A DNA stretch of 64,000 nt from a virus (IMGVR_UViG_3300011678_000001:32001-96000), one strand, 5' to 3'. Numbered from the stretch's first letter, positions 1-8,974 are shown. Notes: generated by a model not told the origin, from the letters alone. Numbers and translations: made by a program.

Positions 1-20
1 TTCTTACCGAGACCCTCCTC

Positions 21-185
21 ATGAACGTACAAGAATTCCCCCTGACGCCGGAAGGCTACCAACAAGCCATGCAGTGGCTGCGTGATGAAGGCCTCGATCC
101 AATCGAGTACGCCAACCGCGAACTGTCCACCGATGGCTACACCATCGTCAACATGGTCAACCACCTGCGTCAGCGTAATGCATAA
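21..185 (+). CDS. small hypothetical protein (54 aa, MNVQEFPLTPEGYQQAMQWL...)
   Basis: Read by hand: ATG 21 to TAA 185, below the ORF-track cutoff, directly upstream of the radical SAM operon. Confidence 0.65.
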   Translation: MNVQEFPLTPEGYQQAMQWLRDEGLDPIEYANRELSTDGYTIVNMVNHLRQRNA

Positions 186-209
186 CAGGTAGCCTAAGGA
201 GTATTCATC

Positions 210-1298
210 ATCGACGTTATCCTGAAACCGACTGCGAGATGCAACTTCAAGTGTACGTTCTGCTCTAGCACGTACCTGAGCGATGATAATAAAGAAATCG
301 TCGAACTCACGCAGGTCGAACGGTTTATCCAGCGATTCCCTGAGACCCGGACGGTCATCGTAAACGGCGGCGATCCGTTGATGATGCCGCCTCAGTATTA
401 CTGGGATCTGATCGCCATCCTGGATCGATTAGAGTCAAAGGCCAGTATTTCGTTTACCACCAACCTCTGGCCCTTCTACAAGAAGCCTGAGCTGTGGGAA
501 GAGTTGTTCCGGCATCCTCGTGTCGGCGTGACCACCTCGTTCCAATACGGGGATGGGCGCTTGAAAGGCGATGGTACGCCATTGACCGAAGCTGAGTTCA
601 TCGCCATGAGCGATCTGTTCTTGGAACGCATCGGTTATCGGCCTGACTTCATTGCGGTGATTGACAAGGACAATGAACACACTGTGCTTGACACCGTACG
701 CCTTGCCCAGCGACTCGGGGTAGAGGCTAAAGTCAATTATGCTGTCGCCTCGGGCCCTGTGGTGGTCAACAAAGGCATCGCCATGGGGCATGCGGAAAGC
801 ATGTACACCCAAGCGGACATGTACAAAGCCTACATCGAGATTTACGATGCAGGGCTCATGCAGTGGGAGTTCAACACCAAGCAGATGGTCAAGCGCATCA
901 AGACGCAGAACACCATCTGCCCCTTGTCCCGTGAGTGTGACAGCGGGATTCGCAGCATCCAACCGGGTGGTGGGTATTTCTCCTGTGGCGCGTTCGGTGA
1001 TGACCTCAAATACCCCATCGACTTTGAAAAAGAGATGAATGGGGAGTTCTTCCAGCCGTTGAGCAATCAGGAAGAGTTGTGGTCGATGAAGGAGGCGTGC
1101 AATGAATGCCCGATGTTCCTCATCTGCAACGGGTGCCGCAAGACCATCACCGACACCAAACGGTTAGGCTTGGCTGAGCATCACTGCCAGACCATGAAGA
1201 GCATTGCCCCACGGCTCATCGAACTGAACGGGATGCAGGATTACCTGACCCCCACCCCTTACGTGGACGAATCGGTCCAGATCATCGCCCGAGGTTAA
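210..1298 (+). CDS. radical SAM protein with SPASM-like C-terminus (probable ATC start)
   Basis: The frame of the 378 ORF is open back to TAA 195-197 and encodes xDVILKPTARCNFKCTFC (CxxxCxxC) and NGGDP. C-terminal CNECPMFLICNGC. SD AAGGAG at 196-201. Confidence 0.85.
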   Translation: MDVILKPTARCNFKCTFCSSTYLSDDNKEIVELTQVERFIQRFPETRTVIVNGGDPLMMPPQYYWDLIAILDRLESKASISFTTNLWPFYKKPELWEELFRHPRVGVTTSFQYGDGRLKGDGTPLTEAEFIAMSDLFLERIGYRPDFIAVIDKDNEHTVLDTVRLAQRLGVEAKVNYAVASGPVVVNKGIAMGHAESMYTQADMYKAYIEIYDAGLMQWEFNTKQMVKRIKTQNTICPLSRECDSGIRSIQPGGGYFSCGAFGDDLKYPIDFEKEMNGEFFQPLSNQEELWSMKEACNECPMFLICNGCRKTITDTKRLGLAEHHCQTMKSIAPRLIELNGMQDYLTPTPYVDESVQIIARG

Positions 1299-1299
1299 C

Positions 1300-1494
1300 A
1301 TGGCTATTCTCACCCACGAAACCCTGCTGATCAATCTCAAACAAGCACTGGAGCGCGAGGCTGACACCATTGTCCGTCAACTGATGGCCCGTGGCCAAAG
1401 TATGACAACCATTGGGTTTGCAGACTTCGAGCTGGCCATGCGCGATGCGCTTATGGACCTTGCCAAGCAACACGCCAAGACCCATCGAGATTAA
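1300..1494 (+). CDS. small hypothetical protein
   Basis: 64 aa ORF tightly packed after the rSAM gene, GAGG upstream. Confidence 0.65.
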   Translation: MAILTHETLLINLKQALEREADTIVRQLMARGQSMTTIGFADFELAMRDALMDLAKQHAKTHRD

Positions 1495-1498
1495 CAAC

Positions 1499-1729
1499 AT
1501 GGCTTACATCGATCCTTTCGCTGAACCTGCCGACCCCGTCGTCGCCGAGTCAGCCCGTATCAACCGTGAACTCAAAGCCCTCTTTAACCGTGAGGCTGAG
1601 TACTTCGAACGACAACTGGCCAAGCGAAGCCTGATGCTCAATGATCGCGGCCTGGCTCAAACTGAGACCAATTTGCGGGAGTTCATCGATAAAGCCATCG
1701 CTGACATCGATCGCAGTCTTAAGGGGTAG
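1499..1729 (+). CDS. small hypothetical protein (MAYIDPFAEP...)
   Basis: Internal ATG of ORF 1412..1729 lies 4 nt after the previous stop; helical composition. Confidence 0.65.
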   Translation: MAYIDPFAEPADPVVAESARINRELKALFNREAEYFERQLAKRSLMLNDRGLAQTETNLREFIDKAIADIDRSLKG

Positions 1730-1733
1730 TGCT

Positions 1734-1808
1734 ATGTTGATGAACAACCTGGTGCTGGCGATCCGTGTGGCCATTCTTGAGGGGGCGTCATGTCGCGACC
1801 GCAAATAA
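1734..1808 (+). CDS. possible 24-aa peptide MLMNNLVLAIRVAILEGASCRDRK
   Basis: Fills the gap between genes, AAGGGG upstream, overlaps the next start. Confidence 0.3.
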   Translation: MLMNNLVLAIRVAILEGASCRDRK

Positions 1809-2794
1809 ACCTCAGCATCAATCCATCGTACTACTGCAACTTGCGGTGCGAGTTCTGTTATTTGACTCCTGAGCAATTGGGGGACCGGACGCGTCTGGAG
1901 TTGGACAAGTTCGAAGAGGTGTTGCTCGACGTCATGCAGCATTATGACATCGGTCATGTCGACATCTATGGGGGCGAAGTCCTGTTGTTGCCGCCCGAGT
2001 ACTTGCAAGGGATGAAAGACATCCTGCTCACGTACGGCATTGATGACATTGTTCTGGTGACCAACCTCACCCTGACCAATGAGATCACCGACGATCTGGA
2101 TTTCGAACTCTCGGTCTCCTACGACTTCGGAGCACGGGAGATGCATGAGCGGGTGTTCAACAACCTGCTGATGCTCCCGCGCCCGTACACCATCCTGACC
2201 TTGGCCAGTCGGAAGTTCTTGGACACCGTGAGTGTGGATGAATTCGTCCAGACCATGAACATGCTGAGCAATGCCAAGGACGTCGAGATCAAGCCGTACA
2301 GCTCCAATCAAGCCAATGCCCACCCAGTGTACTACGATGAGTTCGAACGCTTCGTATGGGCGGTTATAGAGCACCCTGAGCGCACGTTCTACTTCGAGAA
2401 TGAGCGGCAGGTAAAGGAAGCGGCTGAAGGGCTTCGAAATGCCTTCAGTGACGACCACCTGTACATCACCCCGACCGGTCAATTGGCCGTGTTGGAGTTC
2501 GATGCCAATGACAATGAGTTCTTCCTGCCCGTTGATGGGGTAGAAGGTTACCTTGCGTGGTGTGCAAAAGAAAAGCAGGCCGTGACCACCAATGGTCATT
2601 GCGGGACCTGCACCTACATGGGACATTGCCTTTCCGAGCACTTGCGGGAGGTCACCGACTTGTCCCGTTCCTGTAACGGTTTTAAGGGGTTACTCGACCT
2701 ATGGACAACCCACACCTCGTCCAACACCGACAGCGCTTGGAGATCACGCTTGATCTATTCCGAGGCTGCCAGCACCACTGCTCCGGATGCATGA
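1790..2794 (+). CDS. radical SAM protein
   Basis: YYCNLRCEFCY motif, YGGEV, TNLT, C-terminal CGTCTYMGHC...SCNG cluster. Confidence 0.9.
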   Translation: MSRPQINLSINPSYYCNLRCEFCYLTPEQLGDRTRLELDKFEEVLLDVMQHYDIGHVDIYGGEVLLLPPEYLQGMKDILLTYGIDDIVLVTNLTLTNEITDDLDFELSVSYDFGAREMHERVFNNLLMLPRPYTILTLASRKFLDTVSVDEFVQTMNMLSNAKDVEIKPYSSNQANAHPVYYDEFERFVWAVIEHPERTFYFENERQVKEAAEGLRNAFSDDHLYITPTGQLAVLEFDANDNEFFLPVDGVEGYLAWCAKEKQAVTTNGHCGTCTYMGHCLSEHLREVTDLSRSCNGFKGLLDLWTTHTSSNTDSAWRSRLIYSEAASTTAPDA

Positions 2795-3729
2795 TCGACC
2801 GCACCATGGGTGGGGACGTTAATGACCTGCCTGAGCTGCAAGCCCTCATTGAAGAAATGGTGGGCGTCGGGTACGTGGCGTTTGATTTGGGCATTGGCCC
2901 AACGGACTACATGAGTGCCGACAACAAAGATGAAGTCATGGAGCACCCGATCTTCCAGTCCATGGCGCAACTGTTTCATCAGGTGACCTTCAACGCGGCC
3001 TTCCTGGAGAAGGACCTGAAGAAGTACACCGCCATGTGTCAGGAGATTGATGTCTGTGTGCCGGGTAAACCGATTCGCTTCTTGATTCCGGCGGCCCCAC
3101 ACTTCTTCAAGACCAATAAGTTCAGTGATATGATCAACATGAAGCTGAACCACATCAAAGACAACCTGCACAACGCCTTCTTGAATGAAGCAGGCTTTGT
3201 GGTCAACTGCACCAAGGACACCGTCGATGACGAGTTCGAGGAGATGCTGATCAAAGGCTTTGATGTGGAGTTCCCGGTCGACAAGGATGACATCTTAAAC
3301 ATCCCGTACGGGCGCGCTCCAATCAAGGACTTGCAAGTGGCGCAACAGATCCAGCGCATGAGCTATCGGATCAGTTCGTACTACAAGCAGTTGAATGGGA
3401 CTGATGAACGGCGCAAGAACCCGGACCTGTGCCTGAACACCGGGACCATGATGAACCTGCTGTACACCGACGGCAAGCTGTACTGGGTGCCCTTCTTGAA
3501 AGACGACTGTCCGTTCCTAGAAGACGCCTTTACCGTGCCCAAGCCCTGGACTATGGATAACTTGCTAGCAACTCGTCAGCAGGCCTTGGACGCGTCTTTA
3601 GAGTACCTGAAAGACACGCCGTGCATGGAGTGCCCGTACGTCTCCAGTTGTTCGGAGAAGGGCATCACCAGCATCATGAAATTCATGGGCATCAAAGACT
3701 GCTTGGTAGGGCTTGAGTATGCACAGTGA
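2701..3729 (+). CDS. divergent radical-SAM-like Fe-S protein
   Basis: GCQHHCSGC (CxxxCxxC), GPTD where GGEP is expected, C-terminal CMECPYVSSC...DC. Confidence 0.75.
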   Translation: MDNPHLVQHRQRLEITLDLFRGCQHHCSGCMIDRTMGGDVNDLPELQALIEEMVGVGYVAFDLGIGPTDYMSADNKDEVMEHPIFQSMAQLFHQVTFNAAFLEKDLKKYTAMCQEIDVCVPGKPIRFLIPAAPHFFKTNKFSDMINMKLNHIKDNLHNAFLNEAGFVVNCTKDTVDDEFEEMLIKGFDVEFPVDKDDILNIPYGRAPIKDLQVAQQIQRMSYRISSYYKQLNGTDERRKNPDLCLNTGTMMNLLYTDGKLYWVPFLKDDCPFLEDAFTVPKPWTMDNLLATRQQALDASLEYLKDTPCMECPYVSSCSEKGITSIMKFMGIKDCLVGLEYAQ

Positions 3730-4759
3730 ACGTGTCTCACAAACCTTCAACTTAGGGTTGGAGGTGTTGAAAGGGTGTGGCTACAGTTGTTCAGGCTGCA
3801 CCGTGGATAAGAACTTTGCGGATTTTGAAGTCCCTGAAGAAGATGCCCGCGCCCTGCTAGCGCTACTCGAGGACCTCAAGCAGCAAGACTGGCGGATGTT
3901 GGAGCTGAAGATTGGCCCCACTGACATCACCAGTTCGGACAATGGCTTTGCGGTGTTGCAACACCCGGTGATCAAACAGATTGCCTCGTACTACAAAGTC
4001 TTGACCTTGAACGCTGCGATGCTGCATGACCGTAACCTGCCTGAACTCGCGGCGCTGTGCGATGAGCTGATGCCGGGCAAGTACGTCAACATCGGCACCC
4101 CTTTTACGTTGAAGAACGTGGCCAACGAAAAGTACATGGCGATGATGAAGGAGCGGCTGGCGTATTTCCAAAGCCTGCTGAAGAAAGCCTCCTTCACCCG
4201 TCTGTACGCCACAATCAACATCGAGGAGGAAAACCTCAAGCAGTTCAATGCCGAATCCTTCAGCCTGATCCGTAACTACGATTTCGGCTCCGGGATTGAC
4301 AAGGTCATTGAGTTCCCGTTTGTCAATGCCCGTCAAGGGTTTGATAACCTGCTCAACGCCGAGCGGTTTAAACGGGACATCAAGCAGTTTGCCGACTTCT
4401 CCAAGACGCGGGTCAACACGCATGAATTCATCCCGTTGATCCCAGGCGTCAAGGAAGGGTACGAGTACACCTACCGCACGGGTAAGCTCTATTCCACCAT
4501 CGTGTTGGTGGAGAACCTCACCCTGTACAAAGACAAGTACGAACTGGCCCGCCCTTGGACGGGTGCACGGTTGCTCGAGCACCGTGAAAATGCGTACATC
4601 AACAACCTGATCAAGTACAGCGAACACCCAGAATGTGGGGACTGCTGTTTCTTGGACCACTGTGCCCGGTGTGATGTGCAGCATCTGATGGAGGAGACCG
4701 GGTCTGACCGGTGCCTGATCGAGATGAAGAACCGCTGGGACCTCATGGGAGAACACTGA
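3719..4759 (+). CDS. divergent radical-SAM-like Fe-S protein (paralog of the previous gene)
   Basis: GCGYSCSGC, GPTD, C-terminal CGDCCFLDHCARC...RC. Confidence 0.75.
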   Translation: MHSERVSQTFNLGLEVLKGCGYSCSGCTVDKNFADFEVPEEDARALLALLEDLKQQDWRMLELKIGPTDITSSDNGFAVLQHPVIKQIASYYKVLTLNAAMLHDRNLPELAALCDELMPGKYVNIGTPFTLKNVANEKYMAMMKERLAYFQSLLKKASFTRLYATINIEEENLKQFNAESFSLIRNYDFGSGIDKVIEFPFVNARQGFDNLLNAERFKRDIKQFADFSKTRVNTHEFIPLIPGVKEGYEYTYRTGKLYSTIVLVENLTLYKDKYELARPWTGARLLEHRENAYINNLIKYSEHPECGDCCFLDHCARCDVQHLMEETGSDRCLIEMKNRWDLMGEH

Positions 4760-5190
4760 TGGATCACCTGCCGTATAAACCCTTCCAACGCCTTTATGAC
4801 GAATTGGTGCAAGAGCACAGCGATGCTTTTGAACTGATGGAGTTCGTGGAGGACGAGGAGTTGGTGGATAACGCCTTGAAGTATTTCGAGTCGGCTACCT
4901 TCCCGTTGATCTACCCGGCCAAGAGTTACGCCGTGGCGATCATCTACGCCTTCAAGCTCAAGGAACTCTACGGTCTGGACATCTACACAGTGCTGGACGA
5001 TGCCGACCTGTTCTTGGGTCAGGATGAGTACTTCGTTCCGTACAGTCAAGACCCGGCCACCTATGACGCCATCATCGAGAAACTCGAGAAGGTGGATAAC
5101 TGGTTGGAGAAGGGCTGGGCACCGAAGTCTGTGCAGTACTGCCTGCTCGAGTGCACGGAAGCCGGTATCACGTCATTGACGGAGGTGTGA
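4759..5190 (+). CDS. acidic hypothetical protein of the rSAM operon
   Basis: TGATG stop/start overlap at 4757-4761; LIYPAKSYAVAIIYA segment. Confidence 0.75.
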   Translation: MDHLPYKPFQRLYDELVQEHSDAFELMEFVEDEELVDNALKYFESATFPLIYPAKSYAVAIIYAFKLKELYGLDIYTVLDDADLFLGQDEYFVPYSQDPATYDAIIEKLEKVDNWLEKGWAPKSVQYCLLECTEAGITSLTEV

Positions 5191-5191
5191 G

Positions 5192-5749
5192 ATGGAAACC
5201 ATCAGTCTATGGGCTACCCCATTGGCAAAGATCAACGTGGCCGATCAGTTCGATATGGCTGCCTACGCCGATGAAGTCTTCACCCTGTTCAGCATGACCA
5301 ACGGAGAAGACGACCGTCAGCGTTGCATCGATGAAGAATTGTTTCCAATCATCCTCACCATGCGTGATGAGGTGATCACCCCAGCGGTGCAAGCGTACTG
5401 CCAAGAACACTTTGGCGAAGCCATGTTTCCCTTCTACGTGGAAACCAATGGTAAATGGATCGAAAATGGGGAAGGTCTGTACCCACATCTGCATCCAGGC
5501 AGTATCGTTTCAGCGATCTGCTATCCGGGCGATTCCACCAACGCCTTGACCATGTTTGATCCCAGGATGAATGCGATGCGTGGCTACCCCAAGCGCATGC
5601 GTAACCATCACTTCCCCAACTTCAAGATCAGTCCGAAGCAAGGGGATGTGTGGATCTTCCCCAGCTATGTGCAACACAGCGTCAGCCATGTGACTGAAGA
5701 CATGCGCCTGTCCTTGCTGCACGAATACTACCAAACCAAGGACCTGTAA
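5192..5749 (+). CDS. putative 2OG-Fe(II) oxygenase (TIGR02466/PF13759-like)
   Basis: PHLHPGS..SAICY, FDPR, PKQGDVWIFPSYVQHSV, R-x-S motif (RLS). Confidence 0.8.
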   Translation: METISLWATPLAKINVADQFDMAAYADEVFTLFSMTNGEDDRQRCIDEELFPIILTMRDEVITPAVQAYCQEHFGEAMFPFYVETNGKWIENGEGLYPHLHPGSIVSAICYPGDSTNALTMFDPRMNAMRGYPKRMRNHHFPNFKISPKQGDVWIFPSYVQHSVSHVTEDMRLSLLHEYYQTKDL

Positions 5750-5750
5750 C

Positions 5751-6308
5751 ATGGAACTGATTCGCCCCTGGGTGACCACGATTGGAAAGTTCAATGTCAG
5801 CGATCAATGCGACCTTGATGAGATCTGTGGGGCCTTGTTAGCCAGCAGCTGCAAGGTCAATGGAAGCTTCCCACCAATGGATGACAGTGATCCGGCTGTC
5901 CAACCGTTGGTGCGACTGCGTGACGATGTGATTACTCCTGTGGTTATTGAGTACATCGCCACTCAATTTGGGATGCGCCTTGAACGCACGGAGTTGGACA
6001 TTCTGACACAATGCGTGGTGATCCCGCCTGGAGGCGATCTAGAGACGCACATCCATGCAATGAGCAGTGTGACCGTGGTCATGTACCCCGTGGAGTCAGC
6101 TGCTCGAATGATCGTCCTTGATCCTCGCACCACGGCGTGTCGAGGGTATCCACGTGACATCGTGACCTCGCACTTTGGTAACCTGCGTATTGAACCGGCA
6201 CCGGGCGATGTGTACATCCTGCCCAGCTATTTACAGCATTCGGTCAATACCGTTGGGGATGAACTGCGATTATCCTTTGTCAACGACTACTTCATTGCCT
6301 CTGAATAA
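5751..6308 (+). CDS. putative 2OG-Fe(II) oxygenase, paralog
   Basis: THIH, LDPR, PAPGDVYILPSYLQHSV, RLS. Confidence 0.8.
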   Translation: MELIRPWVTTIGKFNVSDQCDLDEICGALLASSCKVNGSFPPMDDSDPAVQPLVRLRDDVITPVVIEYIATQFGMRLERTELDILTQCVVIPPGGDLETHIHAMSSVTVVMYPVESAARMIVLDPRTTACRGYPRDIVTSHFGNLRIEPAPGDVYILPSYLQHSVNTVGDELRLSFVNDYFIASE

Positions 6309-6320
6309 CGGAACCTTTCC

Positions 6321-6977
6321 ATGTCTGAAGAATTCGAACTCTATACCGGCGCTGACCGCGGCCAATTCCGGGTGATGCGCCTGCTGGACAATGCTGGTGT
6401 TCAATTACGTGCCACTGCCCGTATCAAAGATGCGGTGGTGTTCAATTTCCTCTCTGCATTGCAGTACGCCATCATCGGCTACGGCCTGGAATGGTGGAAA
6501 GACGGCGACCCTGCGCCTCAGGACGGGGGTGAGCCTCATCCGTACATCCCTAAGGGTCGTCCTAACGTCAACAAGCTGTACTTCCGAGGCAAGACCAGTC
6601 TGACGCCCAAGATGCTGCACTTGGAAGACGCCATCATCAACGACTTCCTGAACAACAAAGCGTTGGCAGATCCTATGACCCTGTTGTCGTACACACAGGA
6701 GTCTGCGGAGCAAGTGGCCAGTGCGGCTGAGTGGCGCCCTCTCATGAACAGTGCGTACTCCATCGCCAATGCCGTTCACATCACCCGACTGTCGACCACC
6801 CCGTCAACGCCGTTGACCATTGACAGCGAAGGGCTGCGCTTTGAGTACCGTCGTAACACGGACGAGAACCAGGTCTTCACGGGGATGCTAAAGGACTACA
6901 AATTCGAGAAACTCCGAGACTGCTATCCGGCAATGCTCGATCTGATTGAGAGTGAACAAAATGGCAGCAACAGTTAA
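6321..6977 (+). CDS. hypothetical protein
   Basis: 218 aa ORF co-oriented in the operon with phage-like codon usage. Confidence 0.7.
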   Translation: MSEEFELYTGADRGQFRVMRLLDNAGVQLRATARIKDAVVFNFLSALQYAIIGYGLEWWKDGDPAPQDGGEPHPYIPKGRPNVNKLYFRGKTSLTPKMLHLEDAIINDFLNNKALADPMTLLSYTQESAEQVASAAEWRPLMNSAYSIANAVHITRLSTTPSTPLTIDSEGLRFEYRRNTDENQVFTGMLKDYKFEKLRDCYPAMLDLIESEQNGSNS

Positions 6978-7680
6978 TCAGTTAAAAGCCCTGCAGCGTG
7001 GCATGAAAGCCATGGGGCTGTACACCGGTGCCATCGATGGTGCTTGGGGTCCTCTGAGTCACGGGTCGTTCATGAACGCCCGCCGTATGACCGAAGCTGT
7101 GCGTAAGAAAGCGGTGGCCGAACATGGCCTTGATCCGATCTTCTTAGCCTACTGCAACGCCACAGCATGGTCGGAAAAGGTCAGTGATGAGTTCGTCAAG
7201 ATCGTCAAGCACATTGCTGAAAGCTTGGCCATGCCCAATAACGGCCCGGACGACCTGATGGCCTGCATGGCGTTTGAGACAGGTGAAACCTTCTCTCCGA
7301 CCATCCGCAATGGCGCCGGTGCTCCGTACTTTGGTCTGATCCAGTTCGGTGCAGCCGCTGCCAAAGACATCGGTACCACCACCGGTGCGCTGATCAAGCT
7401 GACTGCTGAAGAGCAGCTCTTCTACGTGCAGAAGTTCTTCGCGCCGTACAAAGGCAAGTTGAAGAACCTGGGTGACGTCTATCTCAGAATACTCTGGCCC
7501 GCCGGTGTGGGTAAACCAGACGACTACGTTCTGTGGGACGAGAAGACCCGACCAACGACCTACGTGCAGAACAAGGGTCTGGACATCAACAAGGATGGGA
7601 AGATCACCAAAGCTGAGTGCTGCGCCAAGATCACCCAGAAGTTGGTTGCAGGTCTTCATCCGAAGAACCTCAAGGTCTGA
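6961..7680 (+). CDS. modular endolysin: peptidoglycan-binding domain plus lytic transglycosylase/lysozyme-like domain
   Basis: N-terminal LQ..MK.MGLYTGAIDGAWGP (PG_binding_1-like); LMACMAFETG...GLIQF catalytic motif. Confidence 0.85.
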   Translation: MAATVNQLKALQRGMKAMGLYTGAIDGAWGPLSHGSFMNARRMTEAVRKKAVAEHGLDPIFLAYCNATAWSEKVSDEFVKIVKHIAESLAMPNNGPDDLMACMAFETGETFSPTIRNGAGAPYFGLIQFGAAAAKDIGTTTGALIKLTAEEQLFYVQKFFAPYKGKLKNLGDVYLRILWPAGVGKPDDYVLWDEKTRPTTYVQNKGLDINKDGKITKAECCAKITQKLVAGLHPKNLKV

Positions 7681-7738
7681 ACAAAGAAAAAAGAAAGCAG
7701 CAGACAGGAGGAGGGCTATAGCCCTCCTCCCTATGCCG
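7681..7738. terminator. bidirectional terminator
   Basis: GGAGGAGGGC-TATA-GCCCTCCTCC (7707-7730), followed by TATGCCG on + and TTTCTTTTTTCTTT on -. Confidence 0.75.
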
Positions 7739-7876
7739 TTAGTCTTTTTGCTTGCGCACGAAGGTCCGACCGAAGACCGTGAAACGATCCGGCAGGCCCT
7801 TAACTAGCTTGTAGCCAATAACCGAACCTGCAACAGCAGCGCCCACAGCGATAGCAGCGAATGTAGTATTGGTCAT
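7739..7876 (-). CDS. 45-aa single-TM peptide MTNTTFAAIAVGAAVAGSVIGYKLVKG...
   Basis: Read by hand; hydrophobic N-terminus, basic tail. Confidence 0.6.
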   Translation of the reverse strand: MTNTTFAAIAVGAAVAGSVIGYKLVKGLPDRFTVFGRTFVRKQKD

Positions 7877-7902
7877 GAGGGTAGTCCTATTGTAGGGTGG
7901 TC

Positions 7903-8067
7903 TTAGTTTGCCAGTGCGGCTTCAAGGGTGGCGATCTTAGCTTCGTAGGCCAGGGCCTGAGTGCTGAGGACACCATAAACACGCATGGCATGGGCGAACA
8001 TATGGGTGGCATGAGCCAATTCCGCCTGAAGGGCGCGAGTGTCAGTGCCGAACAATTTGCTGAACAT
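7903..8067 (-). CDS. 54-aa hypothetical protein MFSKLFGTDTRALQAELAH...
   Basis: Read by hand; SD GGAGG upstream. Confidence 0.6.
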   Translation of the reverse strand: MFSKLFGTDTRALQAELAHATHMFAHAMRVYGVLSTQALAYEAKIATLEAALAN

Positions 8068-8096
8068 GATGCGCCCTCCATTGGGCTAGGGTTGAG

Positions 8097-8609
8097 TTAA
8101 CTGCGTTTCTTGCCAGCACCTAATGCCAGCAGACCCAGGCCCAGAATCAGGGCGCCGAGTCCGGTGTCGCTTTCTTGTTTGACTTCTTTACGGTGACCAC
8201 TGATGCCATGGGCTTGAGCACCCTTCCAACGGGACTCGTGACGCACAGGTTCTTCGATCTCCAGTTCCAAGGTACGAGTCGGTTCACTGCGAACCGGTTC
8301 ACGTTCCATGACCACCAGCTCCTTGTTGACGAAGAAGCATTTCAACCGCAGGTGCAGCGCCGCCGCCAGTGCCAGACGACGATGGTCCTTAGGCAGCTCT
8401 TTCCACTCGGTGCTCATCCAGACGCGCTCACGGTCGCCATCGCAACGAACCACTTCCAGCTCGAAGCGTTCGCCATGGATCTTGAACTCCACTTCATTGT
8501 GGTAGTCCTGCCAACGGACGATGACGCCACGGGTGGTCTTGGTGTGGATTTTAGCGGCGCTTGCCAGGGCGTCGTGAATGGATTTAACTTGGACTTCGAT
8601 AACTTTCAT
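8097..8609 (-). CDS. hypothetical early protein with C-terminal membrane anchor
   Basis: SD AGGAGG; C-terminal GLGALILGLGLLALGAGKKRS. Confidence 0.75.
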   Translation of the reverse strand: MKVIEVQVKSIHDALASAAKIHTKTTRGVIVRWQDYHNEVEFKIHGERFELEVVRCDGDRERVWMSTEWKELPKDHRRLALAAALHLRLKCFFVNKELVVMEREPVRSEPTRTLELEIEEPVRHESRWKGAQAHGISGHRKEVKQESDTGLGALILGLGLLALGAGKKRS

Positions 8610-8652
8610 GGTGACCTCCTAAGGTCTGGGTAAGGGGTGTTGCAAAGGGTTG

Positions 8653-8949
8653 TTAAGCCGCGTTGCCCAGATGGGTCAGCAGGGCGTTTTCAATCAGGAT
8701 GTGCATCTGCGAATCCGGCTCGACCACCTTGACAGGGATGTAGTCGTGCTTGCCGTCTACACGGCGGTAGCGGTAGTAACCTTCGCGGCGAATCAGGCCG
8801 ATGGCTTCTTGATCAGGCACCCCAGAACTGAACCGCGCCAGTTCCCAGTGGATACCGTATCGGGTTTGACGCCGGAAGAAGAAGGCACCATCCGCATCGT
8901 GCAGATCGTCAGCGGTTTGTTCAGCGGTGTAACGATGGGCGATTTTCAT
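8653..8949 (-). CDS. hypothetical protein (MKIAHRY...)
   Basis: SD AGGAG before the internal ATG at 8949. Confidence 0.65.
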   Translation of the reverse strand: MKIAHRYTAEQTADDLHDADGAFFFRRQTRYGIHWELARFSSGVPDQEAIGLIRREGYYRYRRVDGKHDYIPVKVVEPDSQMHILIENALLTHLGNAA

Positions 8950-8974
8950 GGGACACTCCTGGTAGGTGTCTGGG

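Noticed and set aside
378-1298. ORF-track start at 378 for the first rSAM gene
   Set aside because: Would omit the CxxxCxxC motif encoded in frame upstream
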